A stretch of 64,000 nt of DNA from an uncultured Candidatus Saccharibacteria bacterium (GCA_964350165.1 CAYGJA010000001.1:174545-238544), one strand, 5' to 3'; shown: positions 49,446 to 58,781, numbered from the stretch's first letter. A program made the numbers and translations. Notes: generated from the sequence alone by a model not told the origin.

Positions 49446-49570
49446 GGTTATATACTACCGTATATTTCTATATATGTCCACAATACTGTCAATTACCTTT
49501 ACACTCTTGACACCTGAAAACAAAGAGCATAAAATGGGAGTGGCTTAGTTCTTTCATTATCAGATTAACT
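49446..49570 (-). promoter_or_regulatory. putative promoter/operator of the lexA-like/CD-NTase/effector operon (divergent region)
   Basis: Minus-strand TTGACA-N17-TAGAAAT. The inverted repeat ATATAC-N4-GTATAT (49447-49462) lies between the -10 element and the start codon. Confidence 0.4.
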
Positions 49571-49729
49571 CTACTGACTATGGCTAAAAGCAATAAAAGT
49601 AAAGTCACCAGCCCCCGAGCAGCGCGTGCCGCCAGCAAAGTTCTACGAGATGGTCGGACTTCCCGATCATCCAAAACTGCTGCGGGAAGTGCTTTGTCTC
49701 AAAAGCCCGGACGACCCAAAAAGCGTAAA
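49571..49729 (+). CDS. small basic protein (52 aa), hypothetical
   Basis: ATG...TAA ORF MAKSNKSKVTSPRAARAASKVLRDGRTSRSSKTAAGSALSQKPGRPKKRK. It is absent from the ORF track (<60 aa) and divergent from the lexA-like gene. Confidence 0.3.
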
Positions 49730-49738
49730 TAAGATATT

Positions 49739-50071
49739 ATGGGAAACCTAAAGTACTACGATATTGTTTTGACTGACTTGAAGTTACATGTGCTTAAAGC
49801 TCGCAAACCAAAATCTTTCGGGTATCAGATGCACAGGTCACTGCGAACCGGAAAGCCTGGTCGAGCACGCAATCACGTTAACCAAATATCTGATGAACAA
49901 GACTCTGATTCTTTTGAGATATCTTTCCCTCTTGGAGAAGAAATCCTATCAGCACAACAAGAAGCTGCTAGACAAGGCAAAAAGTTACGAATTCTTTTTC
50001 CGAAAGACGGAATTCCTATCTTTGCTGGAGAAGATACTCAAGAGTATATCCTCAGCAAAAAGAAAAAATGA
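49739..50071 (+). CDS. hypothetical protein (mobile-element gene)
   Basis: 110-aa ORF. No motif. A 10-bp-stem hairpin plus T-run follows at 50170-50240. Confidence 0.4.
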   Translation: MGNLKYYDIVLTDLKLHVLKARKPKSFGYQMHRSLRTGKPGRARNHVNQISDEQDSDSFEISFPLGEEILSAQQEAARQGKKLRILFPKDGIPIFAGEDTQEYILSKKKK

Positions 50072-50258
50072 ATACACCTGTTAGCAAAACGTGTGGTATC
50101 ACGTATTTCGCAATCTAATTTGCGATAGAAGGTAGTCAATACTACCAGAGAGATCTCCATTGGTCTCGGTCATGCCCACTTTGCAAAGCAAACACCAGAA
50201 ATATTTCTGTTGTCTGTTTTGTGAAGTGGGCATTTTTATTTGTCTAAAAAGATAATTT

Positions 50259-51545
50259 ATGAACAAAAACAAAATCAAAATTGAATATATTCCTATTACT
50301 AAACTAAAAGCCTCTTCATACAATCCAAGAAAGATTGACCAAAAAAGTTTTGATCAACTTGTAGAAAGCATCAAGCACTTTGATTTGATCGATCCAATTA
50401 TTGTCAACGGATCACCCAATCGCAAAAATATAGTCATTGGTGGGCATATGCGTCTTCGTGCTGCAAAACACCTCGGTCGGGAAACAATGCCGGTTGTTTA
50501 TGTAAACATCTCTGACATAGAAGAGGAAAAAGAACTTAACATCAGACTCAATAAAAACACTGGAGATTGGGATTATGAATTACTCAAATCATTTGATCTC
50601 GACCTCCTTACTGATGTTGGTTTCGACAAAATAGACCTAGCCAGGTTTTGGGACGATGATACGAACGAGTCAAAAGATGATGAATTTAATGTCGAAAAAG
50701 AACAGAAAGAAATCAAAAAAACTGATATTGGGTTGGGTGATTTACTCATCATGGGCCAGCATAAACTTCTCTGCGCAGATGCCACTGATCCAAACGCTCT
50801 CAAAGCAGTATTCGGCAAAGACAAAGCGTCAATGATATACAGTGACCCAATCTATAACATCGGCCTGGATTACGACAAAGGCGTTGGTAACAAAGCAAGC
50901 TACGGTGGTACGGTTGACGATAACAAATCTGCCACGGAGTACAAATCATTTATCAAACAAACACTCGAAGCGGCATTATCTGTGTCAAACAAGAACACCC
51001 ATATCTTCTATTGGTGCGACGAAGCTTGGGTCTGGGTATTCCAGACCTTGTACAACGACCTTGGTATCAAAAATCGTAGACTTAACGTCTGGATAAAAAA
51101 CAACGCTTCGCCAACACCAACCGTAGCATTTAACAAGGTCACGGAGTTCTGTGTATATGGGACAAAAGGAAGTCCTTACCTGTCGCCACACATACGAAAT
51201 TGCACTGAAGTTGTGAATCCAGAATTAGGCACTGGTAATGATTTGCTCGAAGATATTCGCAATGTTTGGACAGAAAAACGTCTCAGAGCATCTGAATATG
51301 AACATGCAACTAGTAAGCCACCTCAATTACACGAAAAAGCAATCAAACGGTGTACAAAGCCTGGAGATATCATACTGGACTCCTTCTCTGGCTCAGCCAG
51401 CACTATGGTCGCTGCTGAAAAACTCAAACGACGAGTATATTCAACGGAGCTAGAACCCATCTTCTGTGAACTCGCGCGTCGCCGCTTCGAAAGTTTCACT
51501 GGTAAAAAAACAAAACTCATCAAAAAATTCTATGAAAAAGCATAA
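50259..51545 (+). CDS. ParB-like nuclease domain fused to beta-class N6-adenine/N4-cytosine DNA methyltransferase
   Basis: N-terminal ParB/Srx motif (IIVNGSPNRKNIVIGGHMRLRAAKHLG). MTase motif IV SDPIYNIG is followed later by motif I LDSFSGSAST (beta-class order IV then I). Confidence 0.8.
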   Translation: MNKNKIKIEYIPITKLKASSYNPRKIDQKSFDQLVESIKHFDLIDPIIVNGSPNRKNIVIGGHMRLRAAKHLGRETMPVVYVNISDIEEEKELNIRLNKNTGDWDYELLKSFDLDLLTDVGFDKIDLARFWDDDTNESKDDEFNVEKEQKEIKKTDIGLGDLLIMGQHKLLCADATDPNALKAVFGKDKASMIYSDPIYNIGLDYDKGVGNKASYGGTVDDNKSATEYKSFIKQTLEAALSVSNKNTHIFYWCDEAWVWVFQTLYNDLGIKNRRLNVWIKNNASPTPTVAFNKVTEFCVYGTKGSPYLSPHIRNCTEVVNPELGTGNDLLEDIRNVWTEKRLRASEYEHATSKPPQLHEKAIKRCTKPGDIILDSFSGSASTMVAAEKLKRRVYSTELEPIFCELARRRFESFTGKKTKLIKKFYEKA

Positions 51546-51939
51546 ATTCTCCCAAAAGTTCCTCGATGAGCTAAAGAAAGTACCAATAGTTCAGGTTGCC
51601 TGCGAAAAAACAGGATTGTCTCGCAACACTATCTACCGTTGGAAACGTGAAGATAAAAAGTTTGCTCAGGCATTTGACGAGGCACTATCTGATGGGATTT
51701 CATTCGTAAATGATATGAGTGAAAGTCAGTTACTACAACTAATCAAAGAGAAAAATTTTTCAGCTGTGCGCTTCTGGCTTAATAAGCGTCACCCTGCTTA
51801 CAAAGACAAACTAGAGGTGACACGATCTGGAAATATTGAAGAACTTACTCCAGAACAACAAGCTACTGTTCGCAAAGCACTGGAACTTGCCAAAATTATT
51901 CAACCTAAACAAGATATTCATGAAGAAAAATCACAATAA
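51532..51939 (+). CDS. putative terminase small subunit / HTH DNA-binding protein
   Basis: HTH VACEKTGLSRNTIYRWKRED. Size and position immediately upstream of the large terminase. Confidence 0.5.
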   Translation: MKKHKFSQKFLDELKKVPIVQVACEKTGLSRNTIYRWKREDKKFAQAFDEALSDGISFVNDMSESQLLQLIKEKNFSAVRFWLNKRHPAYKDKLEVTRSGNIEELTPEQQATVRKALELAKIIQPKQDIHEEKSQ

Positions 51940-53458
51940 CATTATTCCGGAAGATCTCTTCCAGACTCTCACCAAAGATAAAACTGTTCGTCGTGAAGTA
52001 ATGAAGAATAGTTTCAACTACTTTTTCCATTTTTACTTTCACCACTATGTAGAATTTGAAACCGCACCTTTCCAACACAATCTCATTTACAAATTGGAAA
52101 ATGAGCCAGATGAGAACATTTATGTCGTAGCATTCCGTGGTTCAGGAAAATCTACCATTGCTACAACGGCTTATCCAATTTGGTCAATCCTTGGGAAGCC
52201 TCAAAAGAAATTCATTATTATCTTCTGTCAAACACGCGCGCAAGCGAAGCAACATATGATGAACATCCGCAACGAACTAGAAAACAATCCTCTCCTCAAG
52301 AATGATCTCGGACCATTTAATGAAGAATCCGATGAATGGGGTTCTCATTCGCTTGTATTTTCAAATACACAGGCCCGTATCACTGTCGCTTCTTCTGAGC
52401 AGAGTATCCGAGGTTTGCGTCATCATCAGCACCGACCTGATTTATTTATCTGTGACGACGTCGAGGACGTACAATCAACTAAAACTCGAGAGGGGCGCAA
52501 CAAGACGTATCAATGGCTCACTGGCGACGTAATACCAGCTGGAGGAAAAAATACTCGATTAGTTGTAGTTGGTAACTTGCTCCATGAAGACTCGCTTCTC
52601 ATGCGTATTCGAGACCGTATCAATCAAAAAGAACTTGCTGGCACTTTCATGTCATGTGCAATTATGGACGACGATGGTAACTCTAATTAGACTGGCAAGT
52701 TTCCTAACCCTGAATCACTAGAAAAGGAACGTAAGAGGATTGGTGACGAAATTGCCTGGCAACGTGAGTATTTGCTGAATATCATTCCTGATGAGGATCA
52801 GGTAATTCATCTAGAATGGCTGCATTTCTACGACAATACCAAGTTGCCGCCAACAGAACATATCACCTTTAATGGCACCTATTCTGGGGTAGATTTGGCA
52901 ATTTCACTGAAAGATACAGCAGACAATACTGCTATTGTATCAGCTAATATTCATGGTCGGAATGAAAAGCTTCGCATATTTATACTGCCAAGCCTGATAA
53001 ATCAGAAAATAGACTTCCCTCAACAAGTTGAACTACTAAAGATGCATCGTGGAGCTGTTCTGAATAAACCCAATGATCGTCTTTTTGTTGAAAGTGTCGC
53101 ATACCAAGATGCATTACCTCAAATGCTTAATTCTCAAGGAGTTGATGCCGAAGCCGTCCGACCATTGAATGATAAGCGGACGCGACTAGCGCTAACCTCA
53201 ACCTCGATAAAGAACGGGAATATCCTTTTCCCGAAAACAGGATGTGAACAGCTTATTGAACAAATTGTGGGTTTTGGAGTAGAGAAACATGACGACTTAG
53301 CTGATGCTTTCTCTCTGCTTATCCACAAGATTGTTGAATTACACACTCAACAAGGAACCATTGCTTTTGCGATTATGGTTACTGGTAGTGACGATGATGC
53401 AGGTATTGTTTATCACAGTGACTATTATGATGTTCTAGACGATTATGATGTCAGCTGA
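51920..53458 (+). pseudogene. terminase large subunit interrupted by a single in-frame TAG at 52688-52690 (nonsense mutation or programmed readthrough)
   Basis: N-terminal ATPase with Walker A AFRGSGKST and Walker B LFICDDVED (51920..52687). After the TAG the same frame continues (TGKFPNPESLEKERKRIGDEIAWQREY...) into the RNase-H-like nuclease domain: GVDLA, ESVAYQD, HDDLADAF. Confidence 0.75.
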
Positions 53459-54028
53459 TTATCGATGTTTAATTGAGCCACCCAGTAAATTCTTGAATGA
53501 AACTTTACAGTTAGTAGCCGCTGGGTTGTCTGTGGTAAGTGTGGAAAATGGCGACGTTTGGTCAGGAAGAATGGGGTTGTATTCCAGAAGTGCTTCACTA
53601 GACTTCACAAACGTACCGTCTTCAGTGTAAATACTTCCAAGAACGGCAACATTTTCAAGAGGTTTTCCGCTAATATTCTTAACTTCACCATCAATATGGA
53701 AATAACCATATTCTTTGTAACAGTTAAAAGATAAAAGTTCGAGTTGATCTATATTTGATTCTTGTTGACGACTAGAGCTACTTGATTCACTTCTTGTGCT
53801 TGATGGTGATGGACTGGAGTCGTTGTCTCCTCCAAATATTGCTGTAAACATAACAATCATTCCAATTACAATGATTATCGTTGCTACAACATTTTGTGTT
53901 TTCTGCTTAGTTCCACAATAAGAGCACTTTCTTGCTTGTATAGGAATCTCTTTTAAACATTCGTGACACTTCTTGGTCGTGTTTGGATCGACTGGCTCAT
54001 TTGCTTTCGAGAGCTTAAATGACTTCAT
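53459..54028 (-). CDS. hypothetical membrane protein with N-terminal zinc-ribbon (CxxC...CxxC), one TM, Ser-rich linker and extracytoplasmic domain
   Basis: KKCHECLKEIPIQARKCSYCGTKQ, then TM IIIVIGMIVMFTAIFG, then SSPSPSSTRSESSSSS. Confidence 0.5.
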   Translation of the reverse strand: MKSFKLSKANEPVDPNTTKKCHECLKEIPIQARKCSYCGTKQKTQNVVATIIIVIGMIVMFTAIFGGDNDSSPSPSSTRSESSSSSRQQESNIDQLELLSFNCYKEYGYFHIDGEVKNISGKPLENVAVLGSIYTEDGTFVKSSEALLEYNPILPDQTSPFSTLTTDNPAATNCKVSFKNLLGGSIKHR

Positions 54029-54300
54029 AATAAAAACGTACCTAATTAATAATCAGGCAGTGGGCATATAAAAATCCCACCACCAAGTACAGCCGGAGCT
54101 GATATCGCAGATTTCTCTGAAATAGCACGAAGAGTGACCCTTGATGATGGGGTTTCAATACTCTTCGTGTCTAACGATATTTGGACCATACCGCCGTCGA
54201 AACGACGTCGGGTTAGGCCACTAAGTTGTTTTTCTATAGTACTCAACTACTACCTGAATAGCAATCAAATACTATAATTTCATTGTATCGCTGTTTGAGT

Positions 54301-54342
54301 CTTTTGCTAAACGTTTTGCCAACGTTTTTAGCTTAGCAAAGC
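54301..54342. repeat. nested inverted repeats upstream of the serine recombinase gene (candidate att/operator)
   Basis: cttttgctAAACGTTTtgccAACGTTTttagcttagcaaag. Two AACGTT-containing palindromes are bracketed by ttgctaa/ttagcaa. Confidence 0.4.
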
Positions 54343-54367
54343 AAGTGAACTCTGGCATTAATAGAAT

Positions 54368-55651
54368 ATGGAAAAAGAAGCAAAACTACGCTATTGCCTA
54401 TACGCCAGAAAAAGCACCGAGAGCGATGAACGCCAAGCTTTGTCAATTGAGTCTCAAGTGAAAGAGATGCTTCAAATTGCTGAAAAAGATGGACTAGATA
54501 TTGTCGATATTCGACGTGAAGCCAAGTCTGCTAAAGATTCTGGCAACAGGCCAGTGTTCAAAGAATTACTCAGTGATGTAAAACAAGAACGATTCAATGC
54601 GATTCTGACTTGGGCACCAGATCGGCTGTCTAGAAATGCTGGAGATCTTGGTTCAGTTGTTGATTTGATGGATGATAAGAAACTCTTGTCGATCCGGACA
54701 TATGGTCAAACATTTTCCAACTCACCCAACGAAAAGTTCTTGCTGATGATCCTGTGTTCGCAAGCGAAACTAGAAAACGATAACCGAGGTATTAACGTAA
54801 AACGAGGGCTCCGTACTAGATGTGAAATGGGACTGTGGCCCACTAATGCCCCTACGGGTTACGTCAAAGAAAAGCGCACTGACCGAAAGTGTCAATGCCT
54901 TCTGGATCCAGAGCGAGCGCCAGTAATTAAACAAATGTTTGAGAAGGTCGCATACGAAAAATGGTCAGGACGGAAGCTCTACCACTGGCTCAAGTTTGAT
55001 TTGAACTTCAGGACTGGCAAAGGCAAGAAACATCTCAGCCTCGGTAACATTTACCGCATCCTCGAAAACACCTTTTACTACGGCGAATTTGAATATCCAC
55101 GAAAGTCTGGTAATTGGTACCAAGGAAAACACGAACCAATCATTACCAAAGAACTATTTGACCTGGTTCAAGAACAAGTTAAAAACTCCCAACTGGTTCG
55201 CAAAGAAAACATCGAGTTTGCTTTTACCAAAATCATGAAATGTGGACTTTGCGGATCTGGTATATCCGCCACCGAGAAGTTCAAAAGGCTCAAAGCTGGC
55301 GGGTACAATCGCCATGTCTACTACGGTTGCACCAAGGCAAGAGATAAGCATTGCAAATGCGGCTATATCAATGAGACTGACCTGATAAAACAACTTCAAC
55401 AGCTCACTGGCCAACTCGATCTCAAGAAGACTCCAATGCAGAGCAAGATCAGGTCAGAAATCCGAAGATTCAAGAAGTTCCAAAGGATGGTCACTGGAAA
55501 AAGTGACAATATTGAAGTTACTGATATTGATGTACAGAATTATGCGAAGTTTATTTTGAAAGAAGGTTCAAATGAAGAAAAGCGAGACATTATAAAACAC
55601 CTCAAGGGATTTCTACTTCTCAAAGAAAAAGAATTATCCATTGAAACATAA
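54368..55651 (+). CDS. large serine recombinase (resolvase-family catalytic domain + recombinase domain + zinc ribbon)
   Basis: YCLYARKSTESDERQALSIESQ (catalytic Ser) and DRLSRN match the resolvase N-terminal domain. 427 aa. The C-terminal Cys cluster CGLCGS...CTKARDKHC is a zinc-ribbon typical of large serine integrases. Confidence 0.85.
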   Translation: MEKEAKLRYCLYARKSTESDERQALSIESQVKEMLQIAEKDGLDIVDIRREAKSAKDSGNRPVFKELLSDVKQERFNAILTWAPDRLSRNAGDLGSVVDLMDDKKLLSIRTYGQTFSNSPNEKFLLMILCSQAKLENDNRGINVKRGLRTRCEMGLWPTNAPTGYVKEKRTDRKCQCLLDPERAPVIKQMFEKVAYEKWSGRKLYHWLKFDLNFRTGKGKKHLSLGNIYRILENTFYYGEFEYPRKSGNWYQGKHEPIITKELFDLVQEQVKNSQLVRKENIEFAFTKIMKCGLCGSGISATEKFKRLKAGGYNRHVYYGCTKARDKHCKCGYINETDLIKQLQQLTGQLDLKKTPMQSKIRSEIRRFKKFQRMVTGKSDNIEVTDIDVQNYAKFILKEGSNEEKRDIIKHLKGFLLLKEKELSIET

Positions 55652-55692
55652 GTAATTTACTTGTACCCCCAAGGGGTATATAATACTTTCGT

Positions 55693-55962
55693 ATGAAAAG
55701 TGACAAATCAGCGAAGCTGGTGATACGCCTAAAGAAGATCGAAGGGCAAGTTCGCGGACTACAGAGAATGGTTGCCGATGATACTTATTGTATTGATGTA
55801 ATTACACAATCCTCTGCTATTCGCCATGCATTATCTTCGTTTGAAGACAAGCTCCTTGAACAACATCTTTCATCCTGCGTTGTACACCAAATCAAGGAAG
55901 GAAAAGAAAGCCAGGCGATTGATGAAGTTTTGGCGGTCCTCAAAAAAGCCAAGAAAAGATAA
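55693..55962 (+). CDS. csoR: CsoR/RcnR-family metal-sensing transcriptional repressor (Cu-sensing C-H-C type)
   Basis: LKKIEGQVRGLQRMV..DTYCIDVITQ...HLSSC carries the CsoR ligand set: Cys in YCIDV and H-x3-C. Confidence 0.85.
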   Translation: MKSDKSAKLVIRLKKIEGQVRGLQRMVADDTYCIDVITQSSAIRHALSSFEDKLLEQHLSSCVVHQIKEGKESQAIDEVLAVLKKAKKR

Positions 55963-55965
55963 TTT

Positions 55966-56379
55966 ATGAATACAAGAGCAACAAAGACAAGGTTATTTTC
56001 ACGAATTGGAATTGGTATTTTTGCTACCGTTGTTTTGATTGCATCCTTACTTTGCCTTAATTCTTTCCAGATGTCGAAAGAAGCTCCCTGTGGTGAGACA
56101 GCACAACATAGCAGCTCGTCACTTTGTGATAGTCCGATCAATCACGTTTCGTTAGCAAATCGAGCAATCCCACAAAATGCACTTGGCCTAGCTGCTTTTT
56201 TCTTACTGCTTGCGACTTTTGCGTTGCACTATGAGTCAGTAGCAAGGTTCTTTAACTCATTAAAAAAGTTTTTCAGCCCTCCGCCCAGACCAATAAGATT
56301 AAGGGCTGTTTCGTACCGAAGTATTTTTGTTTATCTCTTTGCAAAAGGCATTCTTCATACCCAAGTGTATTCATACTAG
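55966..56379 (+). CDS. hypothetical membrane protein
   Basis: Two hydrophobic segments and several Cys. No family motif. Confidence 0.35.
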   Translation: MNTRATKTRLFSRIGIGIFATVVLIASLLCLNSFQMSKEAPCGETAQHSSSSLCDSPINHVSLANRAIPQNALGLAAFFLLLATFALHYESVARFFNSLKKFFSPPPRPIRLRAVSYRSIFVYLFAKGILHTQVYSY

Positions 56380-56429
56380 AGTAATTTCTCAGATAAGAAC
56401 TTTTACTCATTTTTTTAAAAACTCAATTC

Positions 56430-57305
56430 ATGAAAAATACAACTATTATTGGCCTTCTCGCGCTTGTAGTGATCTTGGGTGCAGTCTTCCTAATACGGAA
56501 AGGACCTTCTCAGCAGACAATAACACAGGAACAAAATACAGATGAGGATGGTCATCATGATGATGACAAGGTTGCATCATATGAGATCTATCCAGGGGAT
56601 GTTGCCAAGAAAATAGAAAACCAAGAAGACTTTATTTTGTTGGATGTTCGTACTCCACAAGAGTACGAAGAAGTCCACCTGGAAAACGTCCTACTACTTC
56701 CGGTGGAAGAATTGTCACAGCAAACACTAAATGTTATCGGACTTGGACAGGATAAGAAAGACCAAGAAATTATTATTTATTGTCGCAGCGGTGCTCGGAG
56801 CAAAATTGCATATGACGTAATGAAGTCATTGGGCTACACCAATATCACAAGTGTGGCGGGTGGCATGGTTCACTGGCAAGAAGACAATTATCCATTTACT
56901 GAATCTGGTTCATATCAAGGACCAAGTTGGTCAAATAAAACATCGATGACCGAGAAAGTTGAGTCCACTGTCGGGCCTACAATAACCATTGAAAATGATT
57001 TCCATGACTTTGGCGTTATCTCACAGTATGGAGGTGTCGTGACCAAAGATTTCACAATAGTGAACTCTGGTTTAGGAACGCTTGAGATTGGGACACTGAC
57101 GACGAGTTGTAGCTGTACCTCAGCAGAAATGTCTCGCTCATCAATCCCAGAGGGCGGATCAGCTACCCTTACGGTCACCTTTGACCCTGATTTCCACGCT
57201 GAACCAGGTAGCGTATTCAAACGCACCGTCTTTATCCCAACGAATGACCCAAATACTCCCGAAGCTGAAGTGGTCATTCAAGTAGATATTGATGAAGGTA
57301 ATTAA
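56430..57305 (+). CDS. membrane-anchored rhodanese (sulfurtransferase) domain fused to DUF1573 Ig-like domain
   Basis: N-terminal TM. Rhodanese active-site loop IIIYCRSGARS with flanking LLDVRTPQEYEEVH. C-terminal DUF1573-like FHDFGVISQYGGVV...TSCSCTS. Confidence 0.7.
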   Translation: MKNTTIIGLLALVVILGAVFLIRKGPSQQTITQEQNTDEDGHHDDDKVASYEIYPGDVAKKIENQEDFILLDVRTPQEYEEVHLENVLLLPVEELSQQTLNVIGLGQDKKDQEIIIYCRSGARSKIAYDVMKSLGYTNITSVAGGMVHWQEDNYPFTESGSYQGPSWSNKTSMTEKVESTVGPTITIENDFHDFGVISQYGGVVTKDFTIVNSGLGTLEIGTLTTSCSCTSAEMSRSSIPEGGSATLTVTFDPDFHAEPGSVFKRTVFIPTNDPNTPEAEVVIQVDIDEGN

Positions 57306-57328
57306 TTAACGTAACTAATTTTAAATTT

Positions 57329-57820
57329 ATGAACAAAGTAACAATAATTTCAATTATAGGTGCAGTGGTTGTTATTGGAGGAGCGATTGCTTTTTCTGCG
57401 TCAACCAATCCTAGTTCTACAAGCCTATCCAAATCTGCTGAGGTCACTGTAGCCTCAGAGATTACTGTTGATCGGGAGATACATGACTTTGGCGAGATCG
57501 ACATCTTTGGAGGCAAAGTTCAATCAGACTTTACCCTCACCAATACAGGCACGGAAGATGTAACCATTACTGCTGCAACAACCAGTTGCGGTTGTACCGA
57601 AGGAGTGGTTGGAGGGGAAAATTTTGGTATGCACTCGAAGCTCACTGCTGAAGTCACTATACCAGTTGGAGAAACCGAAACGCTTACAGCAATCTATGAC
57701 CCACTTGCTCATGGTCCGAATGGTACAGGTCAGATTACTCGACAGCTCTTCCTGAAAACCAATTCAAGAACAACACCAGAAATAGAAGTACGCATCTCTG
57801 CTGATGTATACAAAGATTAA
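57329..57820 (+). CDS. DUF1573-family protein (paralog of the C-terminal domain of the preceding gene), N-terminal TM
   Basis: IHDFGEIDIFGGKVQSDFTLTNTG...TSCGCTEG parallels FHDFGVISQYGGVVTKDFTIVNSG...TSCSCTSA in the preceding gene. Confidence 0.65.
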   Translation: MNKVTIISIIGAVVVIGGAIAFSASTNPSSTSLSKSAEVTVASEITVDREIHDFGEIDIFGGKVQSDFTLTNTGTEDVTITAATTSCGCTEGVVGGENFGMHSKLTAEVTIPVGETETLTAIYDPLAHGPNGTGQITRQLFLKTNSRTTPEIEVRISADVYKD

Positions 57821-57822
57821 CC

Positions 57823-58353
57823 ATGAACAAGAAAGCTATCATTACCGTCTTTGTATTCATAAGTGTGTTGATCCCTAGGGCTACGATGGCTCACTGTCCT
57901 CTGTGTACAGCAGGGGCAGGAGCTTTGGCGCTCATCGCAGCATCGCTTGGGGTACCAGGTCTGATTGTGGCGACCTTTGTAGGAGGATTTGCCTTGGCAA
58001 TGGGGATGTGGATCGCAAGAATGATCAAAAAGAAGTACTTTCCAGGGCAAGATCAGGCTGTTACTCTGGCGACGTATCTGCTCACTATTATTCCACTCTG
58101 GCCAGTACTGGTAGATTACAAGGCACTCTATATTCCAGCACTTGGAATTGACAAATATGCTGAAACGATTCCCGTAAACATCTACCTCGTTGGTTCTCTC
58201 CTTGGTGGACTGATCTTGTTCGGATCACCATATCTGAGCAAGTGGGTTTCAAAAACAGCTGGGAAACAATTATTTCCATTCCAAGGCATTGTGATCACGC
58301 TGATATTGCTAGGGTTGTTGCCATTACTCGTTGATAAGTTCTTCCTGACATGA
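57823..58353 (+). CDS. hypothetical polytopic membrane protein with N-terminal H-C-P-L-C motif
   Basis: MAHCPLCTAGAG... followed by 4-5 TM segments. The CxxC sits near the periplasmic face. Confidence 0.45.
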   Translation: MNKKAIITVFVFISVLIPRATMAHCPLCTAGAGALALIAASLGVPGLIVATFVGGFALAMGMWIARMIKKKYFPGQDQAVTLATYLLTIIPLWPVLVDYKALYIPALGIDKYAETIPVNIYLVGSLLGGLILFGSPYLSKWVSKTAGKQLFPFQGIVITLILLGLLPLLVDKFFLT

Positions 58354-58781
58354 TGTATGCAGTAGTGACAATTGTCGGTTCCTTTGTGGTTGGCATACTA
58401 TTGCGCCAGCGATTCACATCACTGTGTGCCATCTGCTTTGCGGTCAGCATTACGTGGATTGTTGGGCTGGTGCTGTTTTTGATCCCAGAGATGGACGGTT
58501 ATGTTGATCCGCTTGCTTTAGGAATTCTCATGGGAGGAAGTGCGATTGGAGGACTGTACTACCTAGGACCACGCACAAAAGAGGAGCTTCATGTATTCAA
58601 GTTGCCTTATGCCATCACTGCCTTCTTTGTTGCCCACTCTGTTATTACAAAAGACTTAGACGTGCGGTTACTCGCTATAATCACTGGGATATGGATTGTA
58701 TTTCTCATTCTGTATGGGACAAGAAATACATCTGCAAAGTCTTGGTTTAACAAAATAGTTGCTTGTTGCAGAGATTGGTAG
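58350..58781 (+). CDS. hypothetical membrane protein
   Basis: 143 aa, 4 TM. Overlaps the previous gene by 4 nt (ATGA). Confidence 0.4.
   Translation: MMYAVVTIVGSFVVGILLRQRFTSLCAICFAVSITWIVGLVLFLIPEMDGYVDPLALGILMGGSAIGGLYYLGPRTKEELHVFKLPYAITAFFVAHSVITKDLDVRLLAIITGIWIVFLILYGTRNTSAKSWFNKIVACCRDW

Noticed and set aside
50099-50323. 74-aa minus-strand ORF between the hypothetical gene and the ParB-methyltransferase
   Set aside because: It overlaps a strongly structured hairpin/terminator region and the start of the ParB-MTase gene. Hydrophobic low-complexity translation. Likely spurious.
54046-54246. 66-aa minus-strand ORF upstream of the integrase
   Set aside because: It sits in the probable regulatory/att region. 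No start context or motif. More likely non-coding.
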